DNA of 64,000 bases, from positions 1-64,000 of IMG/VR virus record IMGVR_UViG_3300022200_000019; one strand, written 5' to 3'. Every line of letters starts with the position of its first letter. Positions within the stretch are counted from its first letter, which is position 1. The position numbers were made by a program, and so were the translations under genes. The notes under the pieces were generated by a model. That model did no database searches. It saw nothing but the letters and a program-made list of their open reading frames with translations, and was not told where the DNA came from. Positions 45,944 to 55,390 of this stretch are shown piece after piece.

Positions 45944-45951
45944 CATAAATA
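45944..45951 (+). promoter_or_regulatory. Late promoter box (CATAAATA)
   Basis: Immediately after the gp17 stop, before ATG 45973. Confidence 0.65.
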
Positions 45952-45972
45952 CGACATTAACGCAGAAGAATT

Positions 45973-48900
45973 ATGGATAGCACAGCAACAAATCTCTTTA
46001 ATTTACTTGTAAGTCGCGATTACACAGTTAAAACGTTAACTAGTCAAGGTAAGCCAGAAGTTAATCCTGGCGATGCTGAAATGTTCTCGTTTGACTTTGA
46101 AACAGCTCGCAATAACTACGGAACAGTGGTTATTTTGCTGGATGACGAAAGTAATTTTGAAGTATATTATGGCGACAATGTTGGTAAAAACATGGAAGCC
46201 GAGGACAAAGATGCTTGGTACGATTTTTTAAATCAACTAAAAACATTCGCCACACGTAATTTATTAACCTTTACATTAAAGAATCTAAATAAGTTAAAAT
46301 ATAGCATGCAAGGTATGGCTGCTATTAACGAAGGTTTATTTGAAGGATGGAGCGGAACTAAACGCACTAGCTACAATGATAAACCAGGAACAACTCGCTT
46401 AAAAATTGTTCATAGTCGAGAACTAGGTGAAGGCGAACAGCGTTTTCGTAATATTGAAAAATTATACGTTGAAAATACCGAAGGCGAGCGTTTTAAGTTA
46501 CCATTTACTACCTTAGTAGGCGGACGTGCAATGGCTCGTCACGTTGCTGAAGGTGGTACACCATACGATGTGTTTGGACAACACATTACAGATATGGTGC
46601 GCGAGGCCAATATTCTAAGTAAATTTGTAAGAACAACACGAGCAATTACTGAAGATGATGCTGAACAATATGAAGTTGTTACAGCAGGGCGAGATCGCTA
46701 TCAAACAGTACGTAGTAGATTAAAGAGCCTGGCTGGAAAACGTAGATATCATGCATATAAAGAATCCTGGGATCCTGCTATACTAGAACAAGACAGTGCT
46801 ATCGTTGATGCACTCCGGGGATCATTTATTACAACATCTGTGCCAGCACAGATTGAAGAAGCACTTCCGTACATCGCACAAAACATTCAATCAACCGACA
46901 CCAAGGAATCAACTATGAAAGAATTTAATCAATTTGCCAATTGGGCAGAAACTGTAACTGAAGGCACCTGGGCTATTCCAGATGACGAAGCTAAAATTAA
47001 AAAATTAAAAGAAATTCTAGCAAAACCACTACCAGTTGGTGTTGACGCAATGAATGCTACCGGCGTTCTATATGATATTATTGGTGATGATGAATTGTTT
47101 GATAGTTTAGCAGCATTGGCAGAAGATGATCCAGAAGCAGATGCTCGTCCAGTAATTGAACATTGGCTTGAGATATATACCGATTCTTATCCGGGTTTAG
47201 AAGATTTAGCAGATCGTGTACTTGGTGGAAATGATGAATTGGAATTCGACGAGGCTGCGGATGTTGGTGCACGTGGAATGAACAAATATGGAATGAGTGC
47301 TATTAAAACAGCGCAAGGTTTCTTTGCACTATTAAATGGTAAGGTAGTAGCTGGTCCATTTGATAGTATTGAAGAACTAAAAGCATATCAAGAAGAAGAA
47401 TTAAACAAAGATGTTAACGAGCAATTAGACATCGATACAGGAAAAGAACAGCGTAAACAAGAACGTGATGCAATGTTAGAAATGAGTGCATGGCGTAAAC
47501 TAGCTGGCATGCAAGAAAAAGTTTATGAAGATTTTACTGCGTTCCAGGAACCAACCACTGTAAACGAAACACAATTTAGCGATACTCCATTGCGTGATCG
47601 AGAAGATTACCTAGAAAAAAGTAAAGCACTATATGATTTACTACGCGATCCAAGTTTATTTGATGACGAAGAAGCACAACAAGCAATCCAACAGCGCATT
47701 CTACGTTTAAATGACGAAGCACGTGAGATGGGATTAATTGAAATGTCCGAATCAGAATATGCTTCAAAATTAGAACAAGACATTTTAGAAGATTGGGGTT
47801 CGAGTGATTGGTCTGCTGCTGTTAAGATGTTTAAAGAATATCTAGATCAAGGCATGAGTATTATTGATGCAGCAGAGTGGGTTGTGGAACATTTTGAAGA
47901 TTATGGTGAAGACGGTGAACCAGCATTTACAGCACAACAACTGATTCATGTCGCCGCTGCTAGAGATCCTGAAATTGAAGAATTAGTTGCAGGTTTTTAT
48001 CGTTTATTTGCTGAACGTGATGTTAAAGAAGCAAACGCTAGCGATCTAGGCAAAGAAGGTGTTGATTGGTTTGCTCCTGCAGACACAGAACCATACGATC
48101 CAGAACGCGATGATCCACGTGATGATCCTAATTATGGTTTTGACCGCAAGCCAACTAAACCACAGCCAACAATTGCGCCAGGTGCAAAAAAGACACAAGA
48201 GGCTAACGCCGGTAAATTTGGCGCAGCAGACGGTAACGAAGAAGAAGCAGAACAAATCGTTCCCGGCGAAAACAACGCAGAAGTAGAAAAAATCGAAGAA
48301 GCACCAGGCGATGAACAATTGCCACCGGGGTATTCTCGTGTAGGTCCTAGAGGTGTTTTAGTAGGTCCGTCGGGTAATTTATCAAATTGGAGAGATCCAA
48401 ACATGGATCCAGACTACTGGGCCAGAGATAACATGACCAAGTACGACATGGATGCTGATAATGAATGGGATGAAATTGAGAACTGGTTAACTAGCGGTTC
48501 ATATAAGGCAGGCAACGATCTTCGTAGATCAATGATGCTTAAGAAGTACGGACTAGATCAAGGAGTCACTCCAGAAAAACTAGCAAAAGCAAGAGAGAAA
48601 GCAGATGCTATTAAAAAAGCAGCACAAGATAAAGAAGACAAATTTTATAAAGATATGGAAATTGCTCGTATCTTAGGACGCGATGCAGGTTCTACAGCAG
48701 ACTATGAAAGAAACCGTGCTGAAACAGAAAAAGAACTTGCTGGTATTAGAAAGAACGCTGGACTAGCTACTTCTATTAAAGCAACACCATTAAATACCTT
48801 AAACAAAGATGGTTCTAAAGGTTCTGTTAACGTAGGCCAAGGCTGGAGCGATCAGATGGACATTGATGATTTAGATCGTGTAAGTGCTAAGTACAGCACC

Positions 48901-49662
48901 AGTCCTTCTTCAGATCAAACCGCAGCATTAGCACACCAAGAGCGTGACTTTGCTCCAGGTAGCGATGAAGCGTGGGATCAATACGTAGCGAAGCACGGTA
49001 GCAAGAACAAAGTTCCAACTACCAGAAAGATGGGTATGGACGTAATGGATCTTGGGCTAAAAGGCGAAAGCAAAGAAGCTCAACAGAAAAAGGTTAGTGA
49101 AGCGGGTAAGCCAGATTTCTTAGACTTAGACAAGGACGGTGATAAAAAAGAGCCAATGAAGCAAGCTGCTCGAGACGCTGAAAAGAAAGGTGATAAAGAA
49201 CTCGATGAACGCTCGTTAACAAAAGGCGAGGAAAAGAAACGCGAAAAATATGTTAAGGGTATGAAGAAATCAAAAGCAGACTTCAAAAAGCGTTACGGTA
49301 AGCGTGGCGAAGAAGTAATGTACGCAACTGCTACCAAGATGGCAAAAGAAGGTGAAGGCGAAACTTCCGGAGGAACAAACGTGTACGGTAAAGGAATTTA
49401 TGAAAGTTTAACAGAACTTGAAAACGATTTAGACTTAGAGCTAGGTCATGGCATTACTGCTACTAGTCAGTTAGATAACAAACCGGTTGATTTAATTGAA
49501 CCGGAAGAAGTTGGCACAACTGATATTGCTGTAGTAGCACCAATTGAAGAACCTAAAGAAAAGAACTTAGGCGATAAGATCGCCGATAAAGGCGCAGAAC
49601 TAAGCGCACAAATTGATGCCGCACTAGCGGATATTAAACGATTAGCGGGAATGGGCAACTAA
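45973..49662 (+). CDS. Large acidic putative internal head / prohead-core polyprotein
   Basis: 1229 aa; many hydrophobic-x-Glu motifs separating short cassettes; DFLDLDKDGDKKEPMK segment. Confidence 0.5.
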   Translation: MDSTATNLFNLLVSRDYTVKTLTSQGKPEVNPGDAEMFSFDFETARNNYGTVVILLDDESNFEVYYGDNVGKNMEAEDKDAWYDFLNQLKTFATRNLLTFTLKNLNKLKYSMQGMAAINEGLFEGWSGTKRTSYNDKPGTTRLKIVHSRELGEGEQRFRNIEKLYVENTEGERFKLPFTTLVGGRAMARHVAEGGTPYDVFGQHITDMVREANILSKFVRTTRAITEDDAEQYEVVTAGRDRYQTVRSRLKSLAGKRRYHAYKESWDPAILEQDSAIVDALRGSFITTSVPAQIEEALPYIAQNIQSTDTKESTMKEFNQFANWAETVTEGTWAIPDDEAKIKKLKEILAKPLPVGVDAMNATGVLYDIIGDDELFDSLAALAEDDPEADARPVIEHWLEIYTDSYPGLEDLADRVLGGNDELEFDEAADVGARGMNKYGMSAIKTAQGFFALLNGKVVAGPFDSIEELKAYQEEELNKDVNEQLDIDTGKEQRKQERDAMLEMSAWRKLAGMQEKVYEDFTAFQEPTTVNETQFSDTPLRDREDYLEKSKALYDLLRDPSLFDDEEAQQAIQQRILRLNDEAREMGLIEMSESEYASKLEQDILEDWGSSDWSAAVKMFKEYLDQGMSIIDAAEWVVEHFEDYGEDGEPAFTAQQLIHVAAARDPEIEELVAGFYRLFAERDVKEANASDLGKEGVDWFAPADTEPYDPERDDPRDDPNYGFDRKPTKPQPTIAPGAKKTQEANAGKFGAADGNEEEAEQIVPGENNAEVEKIEEAPGDEQLPPGYSRVGPRGVLVGPSGNLSNWRDPNMDPDYWARDNMTKYDMDADNEWDEIENWLTSGSYKAGNDLRRSMMLKKYGLDQGVTPEKLAKAREKADAIKKAAQDKEDKFYKDMEIARILGRDAGSTADYERNRAETEKELAGIRKNAGLATSIKATPLNTLNKDGSKGSVNVGQGWSDQMDIDDLDRVSAKYSTSPSSDQTAALAHQERDFAPGSDEAWDQYVAKHGSKNKVPTTRKMGMDVMDLGLKGESKEAQQKKVSEAGKPDFLDLDKDGDKKEPMKQAARDAEKKGDKELDERSLTKGEEKKREKYVKGMKKSKADFKKRYGKRGEEVMYATATKMAKEGEGETSGGTNVYGKGIYESLTELENDLDLELGHGITATSQLDNKPVDLIEPEEVGTTDIAVVAPIEEPKEKNLGDKIADKGAELSAQIDAALADIKRLAGMGN

Positions 49663-49688
49663 GCTCAAGCGATATACGCTAAAACACA

Positions 49689-49711
49689 ACGGGCCCAATG
49701 GGCCCGTTTTT
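49689..49711 (+). terminator. Intrinsic terminator
   Basis: ACGGGCCC-AAT-GGGCCCGT followed by TTTT. Confidence 0.88.
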
Positions 49712-49712
49712 C

Positions 49713-49720
49713 GTTAAATA
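49713..49720 (+). promoter_or_regulatory. Late box GTTAAATA, 5 nt before the ATG (leaderless)
   Basis: GTTAAATA-ATTTT-ATG(49726), no SD. Confidence 0.6.
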
Positions 49721-49725
49721 ATTTT

Positions 49726-50595
49726 ATGCATGCAGTAGCACTTATAAACTATCCAGGACATTTCTTATCAACACTGGGAACCATTAAAAATTTCCTGGAA
49801 ATAACCAAATGGCGACCGCCTTGGTATATTTTTGTAGATGATCTAGGACCACAGTGGGAAGCCTGGCCAGATTATCTAAACGATCTAAAATCAGCAATTG
49901 ATTTAAACTTTCCCAATCTAAATCCAACCTATATTTTATTCTCAGAATTTGAATTCCCCTATGTGTGGGATGGATGGTTAAGGCAGCAAATGGTAAAACT
50001 TAATCTGGATAGATTCTTACCAGGAGATCTTTGGTATGTAACAGACGGAGATGTTGTCTGTGAAAGGTTAATCAGCGCCAACGAAATACCATATAACTAT
50101 CAAACAACACATAATCCTCTTATTAACGCACAACAGTATACATATATTAAGCATATGCTAGGCATAGATGAAAAATTAAAATTACACAACGAAGATGTAT
50201 ATACACACCACATTCCAGTGCGTTGGGTTAGCCGAGATGATTTGCACGGACTTTACAGACATGTATCAGATACGGTGGGCAATGACGCAAATATTGCGCA
50301 TTTTAATCTAATGCGCGAAGAATGTATCATAGGTTATGGTCCAACATCCGAACATATGAGCATGACAGAATGGGACTTGCTAGAAACCTGGCGAATATTA
50401 ATAGATGGCCAAACATCCAATTTTCGATATTGGGTTATCGACGATGGCGCAGTGCCCAGACAAAACGTACCGGTTACACGCTTAAAGACATTTTTTGGCA
50501 CAGATCGGGACTTTTCTCAAGAATATTTTGAAAAACAAGGATTACAGGTGCCTACAGACGCATGGGAAAAGGTTTGTGAAATTTCTCGCACATAA
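49726..50595 (+). CDS. GT-A-like protein (DUF6492-like)
   Basis: GWLRQQMVKL signature followed by a DxD-like motif (WYVTDGD). Confidence 0.6.
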   Translation: MHAVALINYPGHFLSTLGTIKNFLEITKWRPPWYIFVDDLGPQWEAWPDYLNDLKSAIDLNFPNLNPTYILFSEFEFPYVWDGWLRQQMVKLNLDRFLPGDLWYVTDGDVVCERLISANEIPYNYQTTHNPLINAQQYTYIKHMLGIDEKLKLHNEDVYTHHIPVRWVSRDDLHGLYRHVSDTVGNDANIAHFNLMREECIIGYGPTSEHMSMTEWDLLETWRILIDGQTSNFRYWVIDDGAVPRQNVPVTRLKTFFGTDRDFSQEYFEKQGLQVPTDAWEKVCEISRT

Positions 50596-50610
50596 TTTAC
50601 CGTTTTCTAG

Positions 50611-50640
50611 TTGACTTACTAAATACTTTTGTGTTATACT
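50611..50640 (+). promoter_or_regulatory. Sigma70-type promoter for gp32, with an embedded late box
   Basis: TTGACT-18 nt-TATACT; CTAAATA lies inside the spacer. Confidence 0.7.
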
Positions 50641-50687
50641 TACTTGGTAAGTGTAGCAATTTTTGTTTGTTTTAGTAAAAACATTCT

Positions 50688-50733
50688 AGGCATACACTTA
50701 GGCATAAGGTAAAAAACATAGGCATAAGGCATA
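50688..50733 (+). repeat. Four AGGCATA copies in the gp32 5' leader
   Basis: Copies at 50688, 50700, 50720 and 50727; the last abuts the AGGAG RBS. Confidence 0.85.
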
Positions 50734-50746
50734 AGGAGATAATACT

Positions 50747-51706
50747 ATGGCATCTTTAGCAGATATTCGTGCCCGACTAGCAGCACAAGAAAACAAGGCT
50801 AGTGGTTCAACTTTCCAAGGCGACAACGCCATTTATCCACACTGGAACATTGCAGAAGGCGAAACCGCAACTGTTCGCTTCCTTCCAGATGGTGACACAT
50901 CTAATCCGTTCTTTTGGGTTGAACGCCAAATGATTCGTTTGCCATTTAACGGCGTGGTAGGCGGAGATAACAAGCAGGTTGTTGTGTCAGTGCCCTGCGT
51001 AGAAATGTGGAACGAAACGTGTCCGATTTTGACAGAAGTTCGTGCTTGGTTCAAGGATCCTTCGCTAGAAGATATGGGTCGCAAATATTGGAAGAAGCGT
51101 AGTTACTTGTTCCAGGGTTTTGTACACACTAATCCAATGGAAGACGACAAGACACCTGAGAATCCAATTCGTCGGTTCATTATTTCACCGCAAATCTTTA
51201 CCACTATTAAGGCATCACTAATGGATCCTGATATGGAAGAATTGCCAACTGATTACAATAATGGACTTGACTTCCGCATTACTAAGACCACAAAGGGTGG
51301 TTATGCTGATTATTCAACTTCAAGTTGGGCTCGTAAGGAATCTGCACTTAATGCAGACGAAATGGAAGCGATTGAAAAGTATGGCTTATTTGATCTCAAA
51401 TCGTTCCTTCCTAACAAGCCGGGCGACATTGAGTTGAAGGTTATGGCCGAAATGTTTGAAGCATCGGTTGATGGCAAGGCATATGATCCGGATAAGTGGG
51501 GGTCTTATTTCAAACCAGCAGGCATGAACTTCGGTGATTCAGAAACAGCAGCACCCAAAGCAGCACCTGCGGCAGTTGAAGCACCGTTTGAAACTGCTCC
51601 ACAAGCAGCACCTGTAGTAGAACCTAAGGTAGAAGCAGCGCCAGCAGCGGGTGCAGACAAGGCACAAGACATCCTTGCTATGATCCGCGCACGGCAGTCC
51701 TCATAA
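50747..51706 (+). CDS. gp32: Single-stranded DNA-binding protein
   Basis: VRFLPDGD, CP I..EV..WF, KKRSYLFQGFV, IRRFII.PQIF, G.DF.I.KT.KGGYADYSTS.W. Confidence 0.93.
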   Translation: MASLADIRARLAAQENKASGSTFQGDNAIYPHWNIAEGETATVRFLPDGDTSNPFFWVERQMIRLPFNGVVGGDNKQVVVSVPCVEMWNETCPILTEVRAWFKDPSLEDMGRKYWKKRSYLFQGFVHTNPMEDDKTPENPIRRFIISPQIFTTIKASLMDPDMEELPTDYNNGLDFRITKTTKGGYADYSTSSWARKESALNADEMEAIEKYGLFDLKSFLPNKPGDIELKVMAEMFEASVDGKAYDPDKWGSYFKPAGMNFGDSETAAPKAAPAAVEAPFETAPQAAPVVEPKVEAAPAAGADKAQDILAMIRARQSS

Positions 51707-51720
51707 TTTAAGGGTACAAT

Positions 51721-51760
51721 ACTCAACACCCGAGGAAGACCTCGGGTGTTGAGTCCTTTT
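51721..51760 (+). terminator. Perfect 15-bp inverted repeat, probable terminator after gp32
   Basis: ACTCAACACCCGAGG-AAGA-CCTCGGGTGTTGAGT then CCTTTT. Confidence 0.75.
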
Positions 51761-51794
51761 TAATCCAGACTACTCTAGTAAAAATTTTTCATAT

Positions 51795-52730
51795 ATGATC
51801 ATTATCAACAATTACGGCAAGTTAATTGTAAAATCTAACAAATATCTCATAGGAGATCATCTTGGTGGTTTTGATCAAAATTTGCATTCGACTGTATTAG
51901 ATCAGGTTATTAGTTTAGCAATTGATAATAATATCGGCTCAATTTATACTGCGTATGTATTTCCTGATAATTTTAAAATAAAAAATATTAAATTCAAATA
52001 TTTAGAACGGTTAATTGGTGGTAACGGTTGGGAAGATCTCCGGAACTATAATATACATCCTGAAATTGAGTATAAGAATTTTATTTGTAGCTTTAATGGA
52101 TCAGATCATGTTAGCAGACAATTATTATCTTCTATACTAAACAACCAAGGTCATTTCAATCCAAAATACTCTAGTAAAAATTTTGCATATGATAACGATT
52201 GGGTAACATCTCATTTGGAAAACTTAAACTTAACAGATATTGAAATTCAATTATATTCTAGGTTTTTTGTTAATAACGATGAATTTAACAGCTCGGTATA
52301 TTCTTTTGGACACGTGCAATACGATCATAAAAACAATATCTATAATCTAGAAGATAAGTTAACAGGTAGTTTTTTACATATTGTAAGCGAATCAATGGCT
52401 ACAAGTTATTATCCGTTTGTAACTGAAAAATTTTTATATAGTATTGTGACACGAGGATTGTTTTTAGCATATGCGCACCCAGGCTGGCATGCACATATTG
52501 AAAAATATTATGGATTTAAATTATACAACACTATTTTTGATTACTCGTTTGATACAATAAAAAATCCAGTTAAACGTTTGATTAGATTAATAGAGACAGT
52601 ATCAAAATTTTCAACACTATCTGTAGATGATTGGAAAGATTTATATCATATGGAACAGGATAATATTGAATATAATTACGATCATTATTTTAGCGGTAGA
52701 TACAAAGAACATCTTGCACAATTTGAATAG
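51795..52730 (+). CDS. AT-rich cargo gene, GT-B-like (GT10 fucosyltransferase-like C-terminal motif)
   Basis: FLHIVSES...PFVTEKFLYSIV...FLAY...YGFKLY..IFDYSFD. Confidence 0.5.
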   Translation: MIIINNYGKLIVKSNKYLIGDHLGGFDQNLHSTVLDQVISLAIDNNIGSIYTAYVFPDNFKIKNIKFKYLERLIGGNGWEDLRNYNIHPEIEYKNFICSFNGSDHVSRQLLSSILNNQGHFNPKYSSKNFAYDNDWVTSHLENLNLTDIEIQLYSRFFVNNDEFNSSVYSFGHVQYDHKNNIYNLEDKLTGSFLHIVSESMATSYYPFVTEKFLYSIVTRGLFLAYAHPGWHAHIEKYYGFKLYNTIFDYSFDTIKNPVKRLIRLIETVSKFSTLSVDDWKDLYHMEQDNIEYNYDHYFSGRYKEHLAQFE

Positions 52731-52764
52731 ATCGTTTATAATATAATTTTTAAAAGGATAAATT

Positions 52765-53895
52765 ATGGCAAAACCATTTGACGTGAGCAAATTCCGCAAA
52801 GACATTACAAAAAGTATCGATGGACTTAGCATTGGTTTTAATGACCCAACTGATTGGGTATCTACAGGCAACTATGCCTTAAACTACCTTATCTCCGGTG
52901 ACTTCCACAGGGGTGTGCCAATGGGTAAGGTTACTGTGTTTGCAGGTGAATCGGGCGCAGGTAAATCATACTTTGTGTCTGGTAATATTGCTAAACATGC
53001 CCAACAACAGGGTATTTTTGTAGTAATGATTGACACAGAGAATGCACTCGACGAGCAATGGCTACACGCATTAGGTGTTGATACTAGTGAAGATAAACTA
53101 CTGAAACTTAGCATGAGCATGATCGATGATGTTGCTAAGACTATTTCGATGTTTATGAAGGATTATAAATCAATGCCTGAAGAAGAACGTCCTAAGGTAT
53201 TGTTTATTATTGACTCGCTAGGTATGTTGTTAACGCCAACTGATGTTGACCAGTTTGAAAAAGGTGATATGAAGGGTGATTTAGGCCGTAAGCCTAAGGC
53301 ACTTACTGCACTTGTGCGCAACACCGTAAACATGATTGGTGCTTACAACGTAGGTTTGGTAGCAACCAATCACACATACGCATCGCAAGATATGTTTGAT
53401 CCAGATGATAAAATTTCAGGTGGTCAAGGATTTATCTACGCATCGTCAATTGTAGTAGCAATGCGTAAACTAAAGCTCAAAGAAGACGAAGATGGTAATA
53501 AGACTTCTGACGTACATGGCATTCGCGCTGCATGTAAGGTTATGAAGACTCGCTACGCAAAACCATTTGAAGCAGTACAAGTTAAGATCCCGTATGAGAC
53601 TGGTATGAATCCATATTCTGGATTAGTCGATTTGGCTGAAAAGAAAGGTTTGTTAACCAAGTCTGGCAACCGTTTGCGTTTTGTAGAACGTAGTACGGGC
53701 GAAGAGGTACTTGCGTTTCGTAAAGCGTGGGAAAACAACGATGATGGAATTCTTGATAGACTCATGCAAGATTTTTCTTTTGTGGAAGAGCAGATAAGTA
53801 GCCAAGAAGCAAACATTACAGACAATGTCGCAGATCATGTTGTTGAAGAAGATGTTGCTGATTCACTAGGAGTACAAAAAGATTATGAGTCCTGA
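52765..53895 (+). CDS. uvsX: RecA-like recombinase
   Basis: STGNYALNYLISG, Walker A GESGAGKS, IDTENALD, IIDSLGML, ATNHTYASQDMF, SGGQGFIYASSIV. Confidence 0.96.
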   Translation: MAKPFDVSKFRKDITKSIDGLSIGFNDPTDWVSTGNYALNYLISGDFHRGVPMGKVTVFAGESGAGKSYFVSGNIAKHAQQQGIFVVMIDTENALDEQWLHALGVDTSEDKLLKLSMSMIDDVAKTISMFMKDYKSMPEEERPKVLFIIDSLGMLLTPTDVDQFEKGDMKGDLGRKPKALTALVRNTVNMIGAYNVGLVATNHTYASQDMFDPDDKISGGQGFIYASSIVVAMRKLKLKEDEDGNKTSDVHGIRAACKVMKTRYAKPFEAVQVKIPYETGMNPYSGLVDLAEKKGLLTKSGNRLRFVERSTGEEVLAFRKAWENNDDGILDRLMQDFSFVEEQISSQEANITDNVADHVVEEDVADSLGVQKDYES

Positions 53896-54127
53896 TATGG
53901 CTATGGAAATTTGGGAAGCATTACGCTCGCATATTAGCGGCGGCTTCCAACAAGCAGCTGATGATTTTGCAGCCGTGTTAATTGAAAACGGTATGAATGC
54001 CAGCGATATTGCTGCTGTTGCACAAGATAGTTATGTTATCAAAAGTCTTGCCGAATATGCTGATGAAGAATTGGTGTATGAAGAAGATGATAATGATGAT
54101 TATGAATTTTACGAAGACGACGGATAA
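53885..54127 (+). CDS. Small protein with a highly acidic C-terminus
   Basis: 80 aa, overlaps the uvsX stop; ends EELVYEEDDNDDYEFYEDDG. Confidence 0.6.
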   Translation: MSPDMAMEIWEALRSHISGGFQQAADDFAAVLIENGMNASDIAAVAQDSYVIKSLAEYADEELVYEEDDNDDYEFYEDDG

Positions 54128-54133
54128 TTATTA

Positions 54134-55381
54134 ATGGAAGAAAATCACTTCTTTCCAATAGCATCTAATACGGCATGTCAATTAAAATGGGTTTGGAATA
54201 CACTATATTTAAACTCGGGTAAAAGTTTTTCTTGTCATCGCACTGGTGGTACTATTCTTACAGAAGATAATTTTGATAATTTTCATAATACTTCAGTATT
54301 ACTTTCAGATAGAAAAAATATGCTCAACGGGAAGTGGCCTACACAAAGTTGTTCATATTGCCGACAGATCGAAGAACAAGGCGGTGTAAGTGATCGTATA
54401 CGCCAATGGTCGATACCGTATAAGGTTCCTCAAGAACTGGAAAAAAATCCAACTGCAATATCAGTTACTCCAACTGTACTAGAGGTATATTTTAGCAATG
54501 TTTGTAATATGGGGTGCCTGTACTGTACCTCGCAATTAAGTTCAGTTATTGAGGCCGAAAATACAAAATTTGGTGATTTTTTAAAAGGAACGGTTAAATT
54601 AGTTAATCATTCAAATCAATATCAAAAGTTACTACCGTTGTTTTGGAAATGGTTAGACAAGCACGGTCAAAACTTGTATAGATTAAACATTTTAGGAGGA
54701 GAGCCTTTTTTCCAACAAGAATTTAATACTTTACTTGAATATTTAACAGCTAACCCAATGCCAGAATGCGAACTCAACGTAGTAACAAATCTTAAAATTT
54801 CAAAGGTACAATTAGAAAAAATTGTACAGATATTTAGAACATTGCTTAAAAATAGGCATATAAGACGTGTTGATATCACATGCAGTATTGATTGCTGGGG
54901 CCCAGAACAAGAATATGTTAGATACGGAATGAATTTACAACAGTGGGAAGAAAATTTTAATTATTTGTTAACAAAAAAATGGCTAACATTAAATATCAAC
55001 CAAACAATATCACCATTAACAATTAAAACTATGCCTGAACTTTTAAGAAAACTGCGTAAGTGGAGACAAGAAAGAAAAATAGGTCATTGGTTTTCTGGAG
55101 TATCTCCGCAACCTGATTATTTAAAAGTTAATGTCCTCGGTGGCGATGTATTTGATCAAGACTTTAACGAAATTTTATACTTGATGCCAGATAATAACAA
55201 CGAAGATCGGTTAGCTAAAAAGTATATGGAAGGTATCTATAAAGAAACACATTCAACCGGTATAGTTCCTGATTTAGTTAATGATCTGTTCATTTTTCTT
55301 AATGAAAAAGATAGACGCAGAAATACAAATTGGCGAGATATCTTTCCTTGGTTAATTGACTTTGAAAATAAAATAAAATAA
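54134..55381 (+). CDS. Radical SAM protein, same family as 42552
   Basis: CNMGCLYC, GGEPFF, SID.WG...EYVRYG; N-terminal ACQLKW...SCH...CSYC. Confidence 0.92.
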   Translation: MEENHFFPIASNTACQLKWVWNTLYLNSGKSFSCHRTGGTILTEDNFDNFHNTSVLLSDRKNMLNGKWPTQSCSYCRQIEEQGGVSDRIRQWSIPYKVPQELEKNPTAISVTPTVLEVYFSNVCNMGCLYCTSQLSSVIEAENTKFGDFLKGTVKLVNHSNQYQKLLPLFWKWLDKHGQNLYRLNILGGEPFFQQEFNTLLEYLTANPMPECELNVVTNLKISKVQLEKIVQIFRTLLKNRHIRRVDITCSIDCWGPEQEYVRYGMNLQQWEENFNYLLTKKWLTLNINQTISPLTIKTMPELLRKLRKWRQERKIGHWFSGVSPQPDYLKVNVLGGDVFDQDFNEILYLMPDNNNEDRLAKKYMEGIYKETHSTGIVPDLVNDLFIFLNEKDRRRNTNWRDIFPWLIDFENKIK

Positions 55382-55390
55382 AATATATAC

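Noticed and set aside
50688-50733. Possible CRISPR array or replication iterons
   Set aside because: Units are 7 nt with irregular 0-13 nt gaps, far too short for CRISPR; position in the gp32 leader fits an operator better
55374-55390. TAAAATA-TATAC-ATG before uvsY as another leaderless late promoter
   Set aside because: It has an extra A relative to the TAAATA core and lies in an A-rich junction, so it may be chance or a degraded site; not counted
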